Shown in pieces: positions 9,817 through 20,892 of a stretch of DNA of 64,000 nucleotides. The notes beneath the pieces are model-generated. The model did not search any database. It saw only the letters and a program-made list of their open reading frames with translations, and was not told the origin of the DNA. Each line of letters starts with the position of its first letter. Position 1 is the stretch's first letter. The position numbers were made by a program, and so were the translations under genes. Location of the stretch: NCBI GenBank assembly GCA_024346625.1, contig AP024664.1, forward strand, positions 124,001 to 188,000, read 5' to 3'. The stretch is from Williopsis jadinii (Eukaryota).

Positions 9817-10872
9817 ATGACTGAACCAGTAAAAGCTGGCGTTATGCTTGACGACTCGAAACAATCTCATCCAGATGCGATCAGCGAGGCTGCCCCTGTT
9901 GTTGAGCCCACTTCAGTGACAGAGACGAGAGAGGCTCACGAGCCTGAGGTCCAAGAAACTTCAACAAAGCTGGCTTCTCTTTGGAAGACAAGTATTCACA
10001 TCCAGAGTTACCCAATGGTTAAGGAGACCATCGATATAGTTCTGGGAATACCGGGTGTTCAGGCCCTTGAGGACTCCAAAAACTCTGTGCTCTTCCCAGT
10101 AGATTCCTACATGCACACTCAACCAATGATCAAGCCGATAGTTGAAACCATCGATAACATGGGAGAACTGACATTGAACCTTGTCGATTCCACTGCACCA
10201 TGCTTGAAAACTGCAACTTTCAACACCGTTGGTGAAGTGGTTATGACACCTTTCGTCGAGTTGGAACAGGCAAAGCTGCAGGCCCTTAACTGGACCAATG
10301 AAACCGTTGATAGACACATGTTGGCACCAGCGAGAAGACTGATCCATGATACTCGTTCCTATTACAACAAGCATTTCTACGATACCCACGGTAAGCCACT
10401 AGTGAGAGGATCGTTGGATCCTGCAATGAGACTTGTCAATCATACGTTGGAGGAGTTTGCAAAGAATAACCTTCCAGAACCTGATATTCCCTTCAGTACT
10501 GATGCCAAAACCGAGGTGGAAAAGACAGTGGTTTTGGCCATGGACATTACCAAGCGTTCTGTCCCAGTTGTCATCTCCAAAAAGGTTGAAGTCATGATGC
10601 TGCCATATACCTACAGCAATCATGTGGTTAAAGTATTCAAGAGTAATGTCTCCAAACAAGAATCTGGTTGGTTGAAGCCAATCATAGTTACATACTCCTC
10701 CAGCATGGAGTTAGCAGATGAGGCAATGAAGACAACCATGAAGATGCTTACATTCGGAAAGGCCAGCAAGGAGCTGGGTTCTGAAAGCGAACGCTCAGCT
10801 CACATTGAGATCGAAGGCCCTGCAATTATCTCACAGCCCATCGAGTCAACACAGGCTACAACCGAGGTTTAA
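9817..10872 (+). CDS. SPS4: Sporulation-specific perilipin-like protein
   Basis: First ATG at 9817. Amphipathic perilipin-like blocks (HIQSYPMV, YYNKHFYDTHGKPLVRGSLDP), MSE-like sites upstream, and the same RPL20-SPS4-SFG1-COT1 order as S. cerevisiae. Confidence 0.75.
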   Translation: MTEPVKAGVMLDDSKQSHPDAISEAAPVVEPTSVTETREAHEPEVQETSTKLASLWKTSIHIQSYPMVKETIDIVLGIPGVQALEDSKNSVLFPVDSYMHTQPMIKPIVETIDNMGELTLNLVDSTAPCLKTATFNTVGEVVMTPFVELEQAKLQALNWTNETVDRHMLAPARRLIHDTRSYYNKHFYDTHGKPLVRGSLDPAMRLVNHTLEEFAKNNLPEPDIPFSTDAKTEVEKTVVLAMDITKRSVPVVISKKVEVMMLPYTYSNHVVKVFKSNVSKQESGWLKPIIVTYSSSMELADEAMKTTMKMLTFGKASKELGSESERSAHIEIEGPAIISQPIESTQATTEV

Positions 10873-11050
10873 ATGGTACAGACTGTCTTCTCTACCGTAG
10901 TGGTATCACATTGAAGTTTTTGCCATCATAACTGTATAGTGTGAATCACAACAACGTACTAATCTAATGAATAATCCTTGTAGTTATCGTTGCTGTTGAA
11001 TATGGTCTTCAAGTACTTTACAGCATCATCACTGGCACCGCCAAAGTATA

Positions 11051-11233
11051 TTAGGGCTCCGAATATTTTACATCACGTGCCATTCTATCGGGCTGCAAAG
11101 CCCTCTGTGACTTTCAAGATTTTGAGAATGTGTCCTGTACCAGACATCATTCATGCGTGCCGTCCAGCCCTCGAAAAACCACGCAGCGCTGCCAGCGGAA
11201 ACAGCACACAAACACCCGAACACCTATACATTT
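11051..11233 (+). promoter_or_regulatory. RPL20 promoter with Tbf1-like, Cbf1 and tandem Rap1 sites
   Basis: TTAGGG at 11051, TCACGTG at 11073, GGGCT-N4-AGCCC at 11090-11103, ACACCCGAACAC at 11212 overlapping ACACCTATACATTT at 11220. Confidence 0.6.
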
Positions 11234-11341
11234 GTCGCTGTGCGTTGGTGGGAACAAACAAATTTGAAGTGAAAAACTGGCTTTTCAATACCAACAACAT
11301 TAACGAAAGAAGAGGTATCCACCTAGATCAATCAGCCAAAA

Positions 11342-12295
11342 AGTATGTTATAGAATAGAAAGAAGGATAAGCTGATGGTGCAAAGTCAATGAGAGAGGAC
11401 AGGATAATATTCGAGAGACTTCATGGTGTAGATAATGACCACATTGTCTTTTACCGTGCTGTATATGGGTTCTTACTATGAAGAGGTGTGCTTTTTCAAA
11501 GAGTCACCATGAAGGTGGTGTAAAAACACAGGTCTATGGCTCATAGTGTGTCTATGTGACTTGAAGGAACTGAGCATATATCAAACCATGTGTTAAGAAT
11601 TGAGGAATCGTATTTTAAAAGCATGGAAGCGCAAGAGCGTGCCTCTTCTCTATTCACACAGGACCCGTCATCATGCTGAATAACACCTTCTATCCCATGT
11701 TCCTCCCTTGTCGATGCATCCATCTCTAAGCGTTTGAGTCTTCTCTTCAGAACAGTGTACTAACAAGTCAAACACAGTGTCTCGTCTTACTGAGTACCAA
11801 GTTATTGGTCGTCGTCTCCCAACTGAGTCCGTTCCAGAGCCAAAGTTGTTCCGTATGAGAATCTTTGCTCCAAACGTTGTCGTTGCCAAGTCCCGTTACT
11901 GGTACTTCCTCCAAAAATTGCACAAGGTCAAGAGAGCTTCTGGTGAGATTGTCTCTGTCAACGTTATCTCTGAGGCCCACCCAACCAAGGTTAAGAACTT
12001 TGGTATCTGGATCCGTTACGACTCCAGATCTGGTACCCACAACTTGTACAAGGAGTTCAGAGACGTCACCAGAGTTGGTGCCGTTGAGACCATGTACCAA
12101 GATTTGGCCGCTCGTCACAGAGCCAGATTTAGATCTATCCACATCTTGAAGGTTGTTGAGCTTGAAAAGACCGAGGATGTCAAGCGTCAATACGTCAAGC
12201 AATTCTTGACCAAGGACTTGAAGTTCCCATTGCCACACCGTGTCACCAAGACCAAGGCCATCTTTGCTCCAAAGAGACCAACCACTTTCTACTAA
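11342..12295 (+). CDS. RPL20: 60S ribosomal protein L20 (eL20); join(11342,11778..12295)
   Basis: [33 protein letters not shown]...RPTTFY with strong codon bias. The ATG is formed by A(11342) plus TG(11778-11779) after splicing. Confidence 0.97.
11343..11777 (+). other. Spliceosomal intron of RPL20 (435 nt), splitting the start codon A|TG
   Basis: Donor GTATGT at 11343, branch point TACTAAC at 11758-11764, acceptor CAG at 11775-11777. Confidence 0.93.
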
Positions 12296-12507
12296 ATGGA
12301 GTGAAAAGTGTTGAAGAGGTGTTGTATAGGGGATTGTTGTGTTTTTAATTTTACATCGGTTCTGGATTTACAAGAGAATGTATAATGAAAATGATCCATA
12401 AAATCATACTAGCTCAATGTAGTTCTATCTATATATTATGCCATTATTATTATATTTATTTGAAAGATGGCCAGGCCTTTTGTTTGGTCATCAAGAGAGA
12501 GGTGGGC

Positions 12508-13467
12508 TCACTTGCGGAAGATGTAGATCACAATGTAAAAGAAGATACTTGATAGCACTGGGATTGTAAAGTTGTCATCCCAGTTGAACAGGTCGATACC
12601 TTCTGATAAAGCAGCGATGAACCCTGCAAGGATACTCATCGTGTGAATGTTCAAATAACTTGTCTCTGGGGTCCATAGTATGGATCCTGGAGCGTTAAAC
12701 TGCGAATAAGTTGGCACGATATAGCCGTACAAGATATAACTTGAAATCACACCGATTGCAAAGGCAGCCATTGAACCAGCCAACGATTTGTTTCTTGCAA
12801 TCTTTGGGGTCAGGTGACCCCAAGCACGACCACATGTCGAAGCAGCAGTATCTGACCAACTCAATAACAACACTGATAAGACTGCGATATCCTTAGTGGT
12901 GAATGAAAATGCGAAATCCAAGCCTAAGATGTACCATATCACCCCGTTGAAGCCATGGACCTCCTTCTCTCTCATTAGAAACCCGACAACTTGGCAATAC
13001 ATGTAGTTAAACGTCTTTGAGTAGAATCTGATAAGATCCAGCAAAGTAATCACAATGAAGGCAACGTGGAAGTACTTCGGGAACAGATTGATCTGCACTC
13101 CCTGGGTCCACAGGTACAAAGTGATGAACCCTATAGAGCTGTGGAACACCTTACGAGGAATCTCGTGTTTGCGGATGTAGTCACCAAAGACGTGATGGGC
13201 AGTCAAGAAATCGTTTCCCAGCGATGGCGAGTTCGGTCTCTTCACCAGCGGCCCAACGTAATCGTTGGCAACTGGCACAGCCAACGAATCTGCGCTCGTT
13301 GGCACGGACTTGTCACCTTCTGCCGTGTCAAAGAGCGCATCATCGGACCTTGACGACGACGAGGTGGAAGGAGCAGCCAATCCGCTCTCCTCTACCGTCT
13401 TCTCATTCGCTCCACGCTCTGCAACACGACGTCTAGCGCTCTGGCTGGGCAACGCGCTTGTAGACAT
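12508..13467 (-). CDS. DGK1: CTP-dependent diacylglycerol kinase
   Basis: KHEIPRKVFHSSIGF, LLLSWSDTAAS, KSLAGS, DDNFTIPV. First ATG at 13467; syntenic between RPL20 and NOP58. Confidence 0.95.
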   Translation of the reverse strand: MSTSALPSQSARRRVAERGANEKTVEESGLAAPSTSSSSRSDDALFDTAEGDKSVPTSADSLAVPVANDYVGPLVKRPNSPSLGNDFLTAHHVFGDYIRKHEIPRKVFHSSIGFITLYLWTQGVQINLFPKYFHVAFIVITLLDLIRFYSKTFNYMYCQVVGFLMREKEVHGFNGVIWYILGLDFAFSFTTKDIAVLSVLLLSWSDTAASTCGRAWGHLTPKIARNKSLAGSMAAFAIGVISSYILYGYIVPTYSQFNAPGSILWTPETSYLNIHTMSILAGFIAALSEGIDLFNWDDNFTIPVLSSIFFYIVIYIFRK

Positions 13468-13909
13468 ATCCTCAGCGCTTCGGGAGAACAACAGGTAAAC
13501 AACAGGTAAACAACACGAGCCTGTGAACAGTTAAAGACCCTCACAACAAAATACCGGGACGGAGCGCACACTCGAAGAGTTTACACCTTGGTCAGCTGAC
13601 GTGATTCTTCGCGTTCGAACAGTTTCAGTTGTTTTTTAACTGAAAGATGGTTGCTCTGTGAAGCTTTTGATGCCAAATACGCCTTCCGTGTTGTTTATGT
13701 CGCAGTGGAAAACTGCCGTGGAATCAGAAATTTATCCTCGATGAGGGAGGAAAAACAGGGGAAAAAGCAGCGAGAGGCCGCGAGAGGCAGCGCGAAGCCG
13801 GGCGAATTTGTGTCTCCCGCTGGTGTGCGGGTGTCGCGAATATTTCCCTTTTCACTGTGACTTGGTGCCATTTGGCGCGATTTGTGTCATTTTTCGCCGT
13901 TTCCGGTAA

Positions 13910-14016
13910 CTCATCTCGTAATGGCGTAATTTTCGGTACATGTGATCGTTCGCTCCGCCAATTGACACTTCGTTTTGCGGAATGCTTCCCAAAGTAGCAA
14001 TCTGGAAAATTTTTTC
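13910..14016. promoter_or_regulatory. PAC- and RRPE-like ribosome-biogenesis elements upstream of NOP58
   Basis: CTCATCTC at 13910 and GGAAAATTTTTTC at about 14004-14016. Confidence 0.6.
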
Positions 14017-14178
14017 TTCAACTGTTTTACGCAAATTTCCTCTGCGCAGAGAAAACAGGCAGATGGAGGAGGGAAAAAAAAATCTTTATGCTTCTCTCTT
14101 CGAGTTTTCATTCCCAGTGTGAAGGAGTTTCGTCTCAAAGGAGAATAGATTCCGGTAGAGAAAGATCAACTTGAAAGC

Positions 14179-15717
14179 ATGGCTTACGTTCTTACAGAGA
14201 CAGCTGCTGGTTATGCCCTTTTGAAGGCAGCTGACAAGAAAATCTACAAGTCGCAGAGCCTCATCACAGACTTGGACACCACCGAGAAGGTTCTCTCGCA
14301 GTTCAAGGTGTCAGCCTTCTCCAAGTTCAACTCTGCTGCTAATGCGCTTGAGGAGGTGAACAGCGTGATCGACGGTAAGGTTTCTGATCAATTGAAGTCG
14401 TTGTTGGAGGGCGTTAAAGGTGATAAGAAGACAACGCTTGTTGTCTCTGAGACCAAGTTGGCAAATGCCATCAACAAGTTGGGCCTGAACTTGAACGTTG
14501 TTTCAGACGCTGTCACCTTAGACCTGTACAGAGCTGTTAGAGAGCACCTGCCAGATCTCTTGCCAGGGTTGTCGGACTCGGATTTGTCGAAGATGTCTCT
14601 GGGTTTGGCGCACTCCATCGGCCGTTTCAAACTCAAGTTCTCCGCTGACAAAGTCGACACCATGATCATCCAGGCCATTGCCCTTCTCGACGACTTGGAC
14701 AAGGAGCTCAACACCTACGCTATGAGATGTAAAGAATGGTACGGATGGCACTTCCCTGAACTGGCAAAGATCATCACCGACTCTGTTGCCTACGCCAGAA
14801 TTATCCTCACCATGGGTGTCAGATCCAACGCTGCTGAGACTGACTTGAGTGAGATCTTGCCAGAAGATGCTGAGGAAAGAGTCAAGACTGCTGCTGAAGT
14901 GTCCATGGGTACTGAAATCACAGAGATTGATCTTATCAACATCAAGGCTCTCGCTGAACAGATTGTTGAATTTGCAGCTTACAGAGAAAAGTTGTCCCAA
15001 TACCTCTCCTCAAGAATGAGAGCAATTGCTCCAAACCTCACCCAATTGGTCGGTGAACTTGTTGGTGCCAGATTGATCGCCCACTCTGGTTCCCTGATCT
15101 CGTTGGCCAAGGCCCCAGCTTCCACCATTCAAATCCTCGGTGCTGAAAAGGCTCTCTTCAGAGCTCTGAAGACCAAACATGATACACCAAAGTACGGTCT
15201 GCTGTACCATGCTTCCCTTGTTGGTCAAGCCTCCGGTAGAAACAAAGGTAAGATTGCTAGAGTCCTCGCTGCAAAGGCTGCTGTAGCTCTCCGTTACGAT
15301 GCGCTTTCAGAAGACAGAGATGACTCTGGTGAGATTGGTCTTGAGGTTAGAGCCAAGGTTGAGTCCCGTCTCTCTGCTCTTGAGGGTAGAGATTTGAGAA
15401 CAACATCCAAGGTTGTCCGTGAGCAGAAGAAGGTTGATATCTCTGAGGCCCGTGCTTACAATGCCGACGCCGACGCCGCTGCTGAGATCACAAAGGCCGA
15501 CTCTGACGATGAAAGTGATGAAGAGGAGGAGAAGAAGGAGAAGAAGGAAAAGAAAGAGAAGAAGGACAAGAAAGAGAAGAAGGACAAGAAGGACAAGAAG
15601 AGAAAGAGAGAGGAGGATGATGAGGAAGAATCTGAGAAGAAGTCCAAGAAGGAGAAAAAGGAGAAGAAGGAGAAGAAGGAGAAGAAAGAAAAGAAGTCTA
15701 AGAAGTCCAAGGATTAA
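14179..15717 (+). CDS. NOP58: Box C/D snoRNP core protein Nop58
   Basis: [46 protein letters not shown]-repeat tail. Confidence 0.98.
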   Translation: MAYVLTETAAGYALLKAADKKIYKSQSLITDLDTTEKVLSQFKVSAFSKFNSAANALEEVNSVIDGKVSDQLKSLLEGVKGDKKTTLVVSETKLANAINKLGLNLNVVSDAVTLDLYRAVREHLPDLLPGLSDSDLSKMSLGLAHSIGRFKLKFSADKVDTMIIQAIALLDDLDKELNTYAMRCKEWYGWHFPELAKIITDSVAYARIILTMGVRSNAAETDLSEILPEDAEERVKTAAEVSMGTEITEIDLINIKALAEQIVEFAAYREKLSQYLSSRMRAIAPNLTQLVGELVGARLIAHSGSLISLAKAPASTIQILGAEKALFRALKTKHDTPKYGLLYHASLVGQASGRNKGKIARVLAAKAAVALRYDALSEDRDDSGEIGLEVRAKVESRLSALEGRDLRTTSKVVREQKKVDISEARAYNADADAAAEITKADSDDESDEEEEKKEKKEKKEKKDKKEKKDKKDKKRKREEDDEEESEKKSKKEKKEKKEKKEKKEKKSKKSKD

Positions 15718-16086
15718 TGAAACTATCACCCAATCGATGTGTCCTCAGCGTTGTTGGTACGCTTGCCTTGCCCACTTCCTCTGCACATCCTCTTTGTATA
15801 TTACCACGTTATATTGATGCCTCCTGTCGATCCATCACAAAAGGACATCCTCCATCGTACCCGGTGTTCTTTGTAACTTCATTTGCATTCTCAATATATA
15901 ATTCGACGCTTTGTTTATATCGCTGTAGAACAATCCTAACATGGTCTTCCACATGTGCCATGTTGTAGTGGTTGAGAATCTTCGATCAACAAACAAATCG
16001 AGAAAAAAACAACGGACACAAGCAACCATCAACAAGACACAAATACAATTCAATCACGGGCGCTTCAACGGAATCGGTGCTGAACC

Positions 16087-19000
16087 ATGTCTACAAAGAC
16101 GTACTTGAAAGCGGCTAAACAGGCTCTACAGGATAATAATCCTGAATACTGTTGCTCTCTAGCTGAGAATGCTCTGGAGCTGGATCCAGATTGCTACTTT
16201 GCCCTGATCTTCATTGGTAAGTCCAACCATCTCATGGGCAAGCTACGTGAGGCTAAGGAGGCATATGAAAGGGCGATTAGGCTGAAACCTGACGATCTGA
16301 CCGCGTGGAAAGGCCTCCTGTTGCTGGTGAAGACTGATGACGATTATAAGACGTTCTTCCGTGTTATATCTGACTACCTCGATGTTCTGAGTGAACAACA
16401 GCACTCGATTGCTGAGACTGTTGGTGAGATCTCCAAGTATTTGGATAAATTCCCCTCCGAGGATGTGATAGATGAGTACAAGAGACAGTTATTGCCCGAT
16501 GGGAGACTTCAACAAGCCACGAAGGGGTTGTTGGTGAAGCCTGAAAAGGCTCTCAGAGATTACCTCGGCCATGTTAGAACAAGGGAGAATAGGCTGTTGT
16601 CATCTGCAAAGATGAAAGCATCTGGTGGGGCATACGATGCAACTACGTGGAACATCTATAAGAACTCAAATGTGCCTGACCTCTACGTTCAACTGATCAA
16701 CATCGTTGACGATGACGAGGATAGACGAGATTTGGAAGACAAGTACTTGAGTTACAAATTACAGATGCTCAAAGCTGCGCCACCAGGTGCCAAATTAGCT
16801 ATAAGTAACGATATAAAGGCAATAGTGGAAGGTATGGTTGTTGTTAATCATTCATCTTTCCAAGCTTGGTCCATATACTTTGATTGGTTAGACCCAGAAG
16901 ATTTTGATTCTTTGGACCCTGCAGTGGTGACAAATTTCTTGAAGAAATTCAGCGGTAAGCCATTAGGCCAAGTCATACATGGTCTTGTTTTGTCAGATAT
17001 GTGCTCTTTGAAAGTTGAGCTCAAGGAGCAAACAACAGATGAAGTTTCACCGGAAGACGATTTGGAGAACGAATTGGTTGAAAAGGAGACTTTTTCTCAA
17101 GAAGAACTGTTGGCATTGATGCTTCAGGGTCTTGAGTCATGTAAGAATAGCTTGTTTGCTTACAGAATCGTCATTTCGTACCAGGACCATTGTAATTTGT
17201 ACATGGATGCCCTATACAAATGTCAGCAAGCTCTCTCACTTCTTGTACAGACAACGACTTCTACTGGAATGTTGTTCAAGAACACGAAGAGGGATTTACT
17301 GGTGAAATATGGTAATGTTCTCACTCACAATGAGCCACCGAAGCACCATAAGAGAGCAAATGAGATCTTTGATAAAGTATTGCAAGATTTCCCTGGGAAC
17401 ACTCAAGCTAGAGTTGGAAAATCGGTCATTTTGATTGAGAGAGGTGAATTACAAGAGGCTAAGCGCATCTTACAAGAAGTTGTCGATGAACAGGATGACA
17501 CTGAAGCACTTTCTGAACTCAGTTGGGTTGAAATTTTATTAGGCAATCATGAAAAGGGCCGTGAAGGCTTGAAAAATGCACTAAAGGATATCAAAGGTAA
17601 CAGCCTTTATATCCTCGACCAAAAGGCCCTCATCAATTGGAGATTGGCAAAGAGTTATGAGATGACTGGAGACTTTGAAAAGTCATATGCACAACTTGTT
17701 GACTCTTTAAGATCAGCAAGTAATTACGCACCTTCATTCTCCGCTCTTGGTGAGATATATTTAAACCATTTCGAAGATTATCAAAGAGCTACGAAATGTT
17801 TCCTTAAGGCCTTCGAAATTGATACATCAGAAGTTAAGGCGGCGTGGTATCTGGTCAAAGATCTTACAAGTAAGGGCAACTGGAACAGAGCAGAAATCTA
17901 CTGTCATCAGATCATATCTTCTGAAAGCGCAAGACGTCGTCTTGGTTTCGACTCATGGCCATATAGAGTACTTGGTTGTTCTGCATTGGAAAAGCAAGAT
18001 GAAGCAAAGGCAGTTGAATGGTTTCAGAACGCTATCAGATTGCAAAATAGCGACACTGAATCATGGGTTGGTCTGGGTGAAGCTTATATCAGCAGTGGAA
18101 GATTGGAAGCGGCTATTAAAGTTTTTCAAAGAGCTTTGGAACTCGATCCAGATCATTGGGTTGCTCAATACCTCATGGGTATGGTTCAAGGTCAGATCTC
18201 CGACTTTGACAATTCTGTTGAAACTCTAGAAAACGTATTGTTACAAAGACCAGATGAGGAGTGCATTATTGCAGCGTTACAGGATTCGCTGATAAAATAC
18301 TCCCAAAAATGTGTCTCTACTGGCTTTTTTGGTAAGGCAGTAGGTGTTGCTTTGAAATGTCTTGATTATCTGGAAAGAGGGAACCTCAGTTCTGTAAACT
18401 TTTGGGGGATTTTAAATGATTTCATCCAGTTGTTCTTACAAATCCAATCAAAGATCTCTGAATATCCCTATGAAAGAGTATTCACAATGTTGAAGAAAGC
18501 GAATATTGATATTGACGATGAACTGGTTGCCTCTTACATTGAAAACGATAAACAAATTGAATTAGCTGCATTGTCCCTGATCTACTGCAATAGAGCATGT
18601 TTGGCTCTTGAACCCCGTGCAAGAACAGTTCGTTCTGCTGTTTACTACAATATGGGTCTGTCTTTACTTGTATCATATCTGATTACTAAAAACGTTCAAT
18701 ATCGAGACGAGTCGATTATAACTTTGAAAGAATCTATTAAGCTCCAGAACAATTACCAGGAGCCATGGATTGCATTAGGTGTTGCTTCGGTCTCTATAAA
18801 CCCTCGTGTTGCTCAACACTGTCTGATCAAGGCGTCATCCATCGACTCGAAGAATGTTGTCATCTGGTCTAACCTTGCACTGTTATATCTCCGTTATGAA
18901 GATTCTTCCCTTGCATCAGAAACCTACAAGCGTGGTCAAAGTCTGAATCCTACAGCGCCAATCTCTTGGTTGGGTCAAGCGTTCACTTTAAAACAACAAG

Positions 19001-20070
19001 GCGATCATGATATGGCATCCCATCTTTTCACACACTCGTTTATCCTTGCAAATGGCCGTAATCCAACGGCACAGATTGCATACGGTTACAACATCTGTAT
19101 GAAAAGAATTGGTAAGGGTGATGAAGTTAAAGATGTGGATGCGGTGCTGGAATTGAGTTCAGCGTGTCATGGTATGGTTCAATATTTGAAGCATTATCCA
19201 CTAGATACGTTTGGATTAGAATTGACCTGTTTAATCCTCGAAAGGTTGAGTGATTATGAACTAGGAAAAGAGCTGTGTGTGAATCTTTTGACACAACTGG
19301 AGACCAGCTTTGAGGAGACTGAGGATGACACTATTTTAAAGAGTTTTACACGTGTTAAGGCACAATATGCAAGATTTGAACTTGGATTGAGTAACTATCA
19401 AGAATCGATTGCTAGCTGTCTTGAGTGTCTCGATCTTGGTGATGATGATAAGACCGTTGTCAGTTGCAGAACCGTGATGGGTCTCTGTCACTTCTTCCTT
19501 GATGAATTTGATGATGCACTGGATCAGTTCAAACAAGTGTTGACCCTTTCTGAGGATGCTAAGAGGCTTGTTGTGTTAATTGCACAAGTTTTATTCGTGT
19601 ATGACACGGAAGAAACTAAACAGGCAGCATTAGACCAACTATTTAACAATATTGAAGAGCATGGTTCTTCTCTTTTGGTCACTCTTGTCATTGGTGCCAT
19701 TTCGATTGTTGAAGATCTCACTGATTATTTAACTATTGTGAAATCTGAATTAGCATCCTTACCTTTGAGCGAATTGATGAATGATAGATTCAGAAACGTT
19801 CCATATTTGATCTCACAAATCAACAGACGTCAAGGCGAAGCCGATTTAGGTGTGTGGCAAAGATTTGCGGTGTTGTTCCCCGATGATCTAAGAGTCTGGG
19901 ACCATTTGGACAAGAGCACCGCATTGAAGATTGCAATCAGAGGCAAAGTCACATCACAAGAGCTAAGCAACTGTTACGCAGAGGCTGGTAACCTGAAGGA
20001 CATCCAGAGGTCTCTGTTCATTGCACCTTGGAACTGTGAATCAGTAAAGGCTTTAAAGGGGTGTTTTTAG
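16087..20070 (+). CDS. SKI3: Superkiller complex TPR subunit
   Basis: 1327-aa TPR-rich protein: KTYLKAAK N-terminus, AWKGL, WFQNAIR...WVGLGEAY..SGRLEAAIKVF, AQHCLIKA, C-terminal FIAPW. Confidence 0.9.
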   Translation: MSTKTYLKAAKQALQDNNPEYCCSLAENALELDPDCYFALIFIGKSNHLMGKLREAKEAYERAIRLKPDDLTAWKGLLLLVKTDDDYKTFFRVISDYLDVLSEQQHSIAETVGEISKYLDKFPSEDVIDEYKRQLLPDGRLQQATKGLLVKPEKALRDYLGHVRTRENRLLSSAKMKASGGAYDATTWNIYKNSNVPDLYVQLINIVDDDEDRRDLEDKYLSYKLQMLKAAPPGAKLAISNDIKAIVEGMVVVNHSSFQAWSIYFDWLDPEDFDSLDPAVVTNFLKKFSGKPLGQVIHGLVLSDMCSLKVELKEQTTDEVSPEDDLENELVEKETFSQEELLALMLQGLESCKNSLFAYRIVISYQDHCNLYMDALYKCQQALSLLVQTTTSTGMLFKNTKRDLLVKYGNVLTHNEPPKHHKRANEIFDKVLQDFPGNTQARVGKSVILIERGELQEAKRILQEVVDEQDDTEALSELSWVEILLGNHEKGREGLKNALKDIKGNSLYILDQKALINWRLAKSYEMTGDFEKSYAQLVDSLRSASNYAPSFSALGEIYLNHFEDYQRATKCFLKAFEIDTSEVKAAWYLVKDLTSKGNWNRAEIYCHQIISSESARRRLGFDSWPYRVLGCSALEKQDEAKAVEWFQNAIRLQNSDTESWVGLGEAYISSGRLEAAIKVFQRALELDPDHWVAQYLMGMVQGQISDFDNSVETLENVLLQRPDEECIIAALQDSLIKYSQKCVSTGFFGKAVGVALKCLDYLERGNLSSVNFWGILNDFIQLFLQIQSKISEYPYERVFTMLKKANIDIDDELVASYIENDKQIELAALSLIYCNRACLALEPRARTVRSAVYYNMGLSLLVSYLITKNVQYRDESIITLKESIKLQNNYQEPWIALGVASVSINPRVAQHCLIKASSIDSKNVVIWSNLALLYLRYEDSSLASETYKRGQSLNPTAPISWLGQAFTLKQQGDHDMASHLFTHSFILANGRNPTAQIAYGYNICMKRIGKGDEVKDVDAVLELSSACHGMVQYLKHYPLDTFGLELTCLILERLSDYELGKELCVNLLTQLETSFEETEDDTILKSFTRVKAQYARFELGLSNYQESIASCLECLDLGDDDKTVVSCRTVMGLCHFFLDEFDDALDQFKQVLTLSEDAKRLVVLIAQVLFVYDTEETKQAALDQLFNNIEEHGSSLLVTLVIGAISIVEDLTDYLTIVKSELASLPLSELMNDRFRNVPYLISQINRRQGEADLGVWQRFAVLFPDDLRVWDHLDKSTALKIAIRGKVTSQELSNCYAEAGNLKDIQRSLFIAPWNCESVKALKGCF

Positions 20071-20892
20071 AGAACTAAGTTGTTTCAATTGGAAGACACG
20101 AACAACAACAGGCATGTGGGACTTTCGATGCTCTCTTTATTCTTAGCAGAGATATATACAAAAGACAGGAACACTTGTCACGAATGTCTACAACACTACA
20201 ACTAGCACAAGTGGTTGCACAAAGTGATTCTATAGACCCCCAGAGGTGACCTGATCCCAACTACGTACCTCTTTTCCCTGCCTGGTTTTACGAGAAACCT
20301 TTCTACCTTATGTGATTGTTCCCTCTGTGCTCTTCAGGGCTCAGCTTATAGTTTCCAAAAGATGATGACATCACAATGTATTACACAATCAACAACTAAA
20401 CAGTTATCGATACCGTTCCCTTCCACTTCAAGTGTGGCTAAACACTACTACTAATATGAAATAATGACAATAGGCTAATTCTTAAAACAATATCATATGA
20501 AAATATATAAGAGGAGTGTCGGGTTAGCTCATCAGAACTTTGAAATGAGAAAACACAATGGCTCAAAAGGAACTTTTGAACCAATGTCGAAACACCCGAA
20601 TCTTGACACTGCATGACTCACGTTGTTTCAATGAAGCACTGAAGAGGTGTAACAATTAACAATTGTTACAGCAGTTTACAATTCGGTCAATTGAGCGATA
20701 AATCGGAAAGTCGAATGCGAAGGTCGGACATCACACGCCGACCTGCTCAAAAGTCCGACGCCATGCCCGTACAATCTGCCAAGAATATCCATATAAAAAG
20801 GCCCGCTACGCTGTCATCTGCCGAGAACACCTTGTTTCTTACTTTGATTACGAAGCCTGGAAATTACACTGGGACACAACTCGAAGTAAGCT

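Noticed and set aside
13487..13514. 11-bp tandem AACAACAGGTA with two GTAAACAA sites just upstream of DGK1
   Set aside because: Only 30-45 bp from the ATG and probably a slippage repeat in the 5' UTR.
15307..15817. Leu/Phe-rich and Arg-rich ORFs overlapping the NOP58 3' end
   Set aside because: Alternative-frame readings of the KKE/D low-complexity tail.
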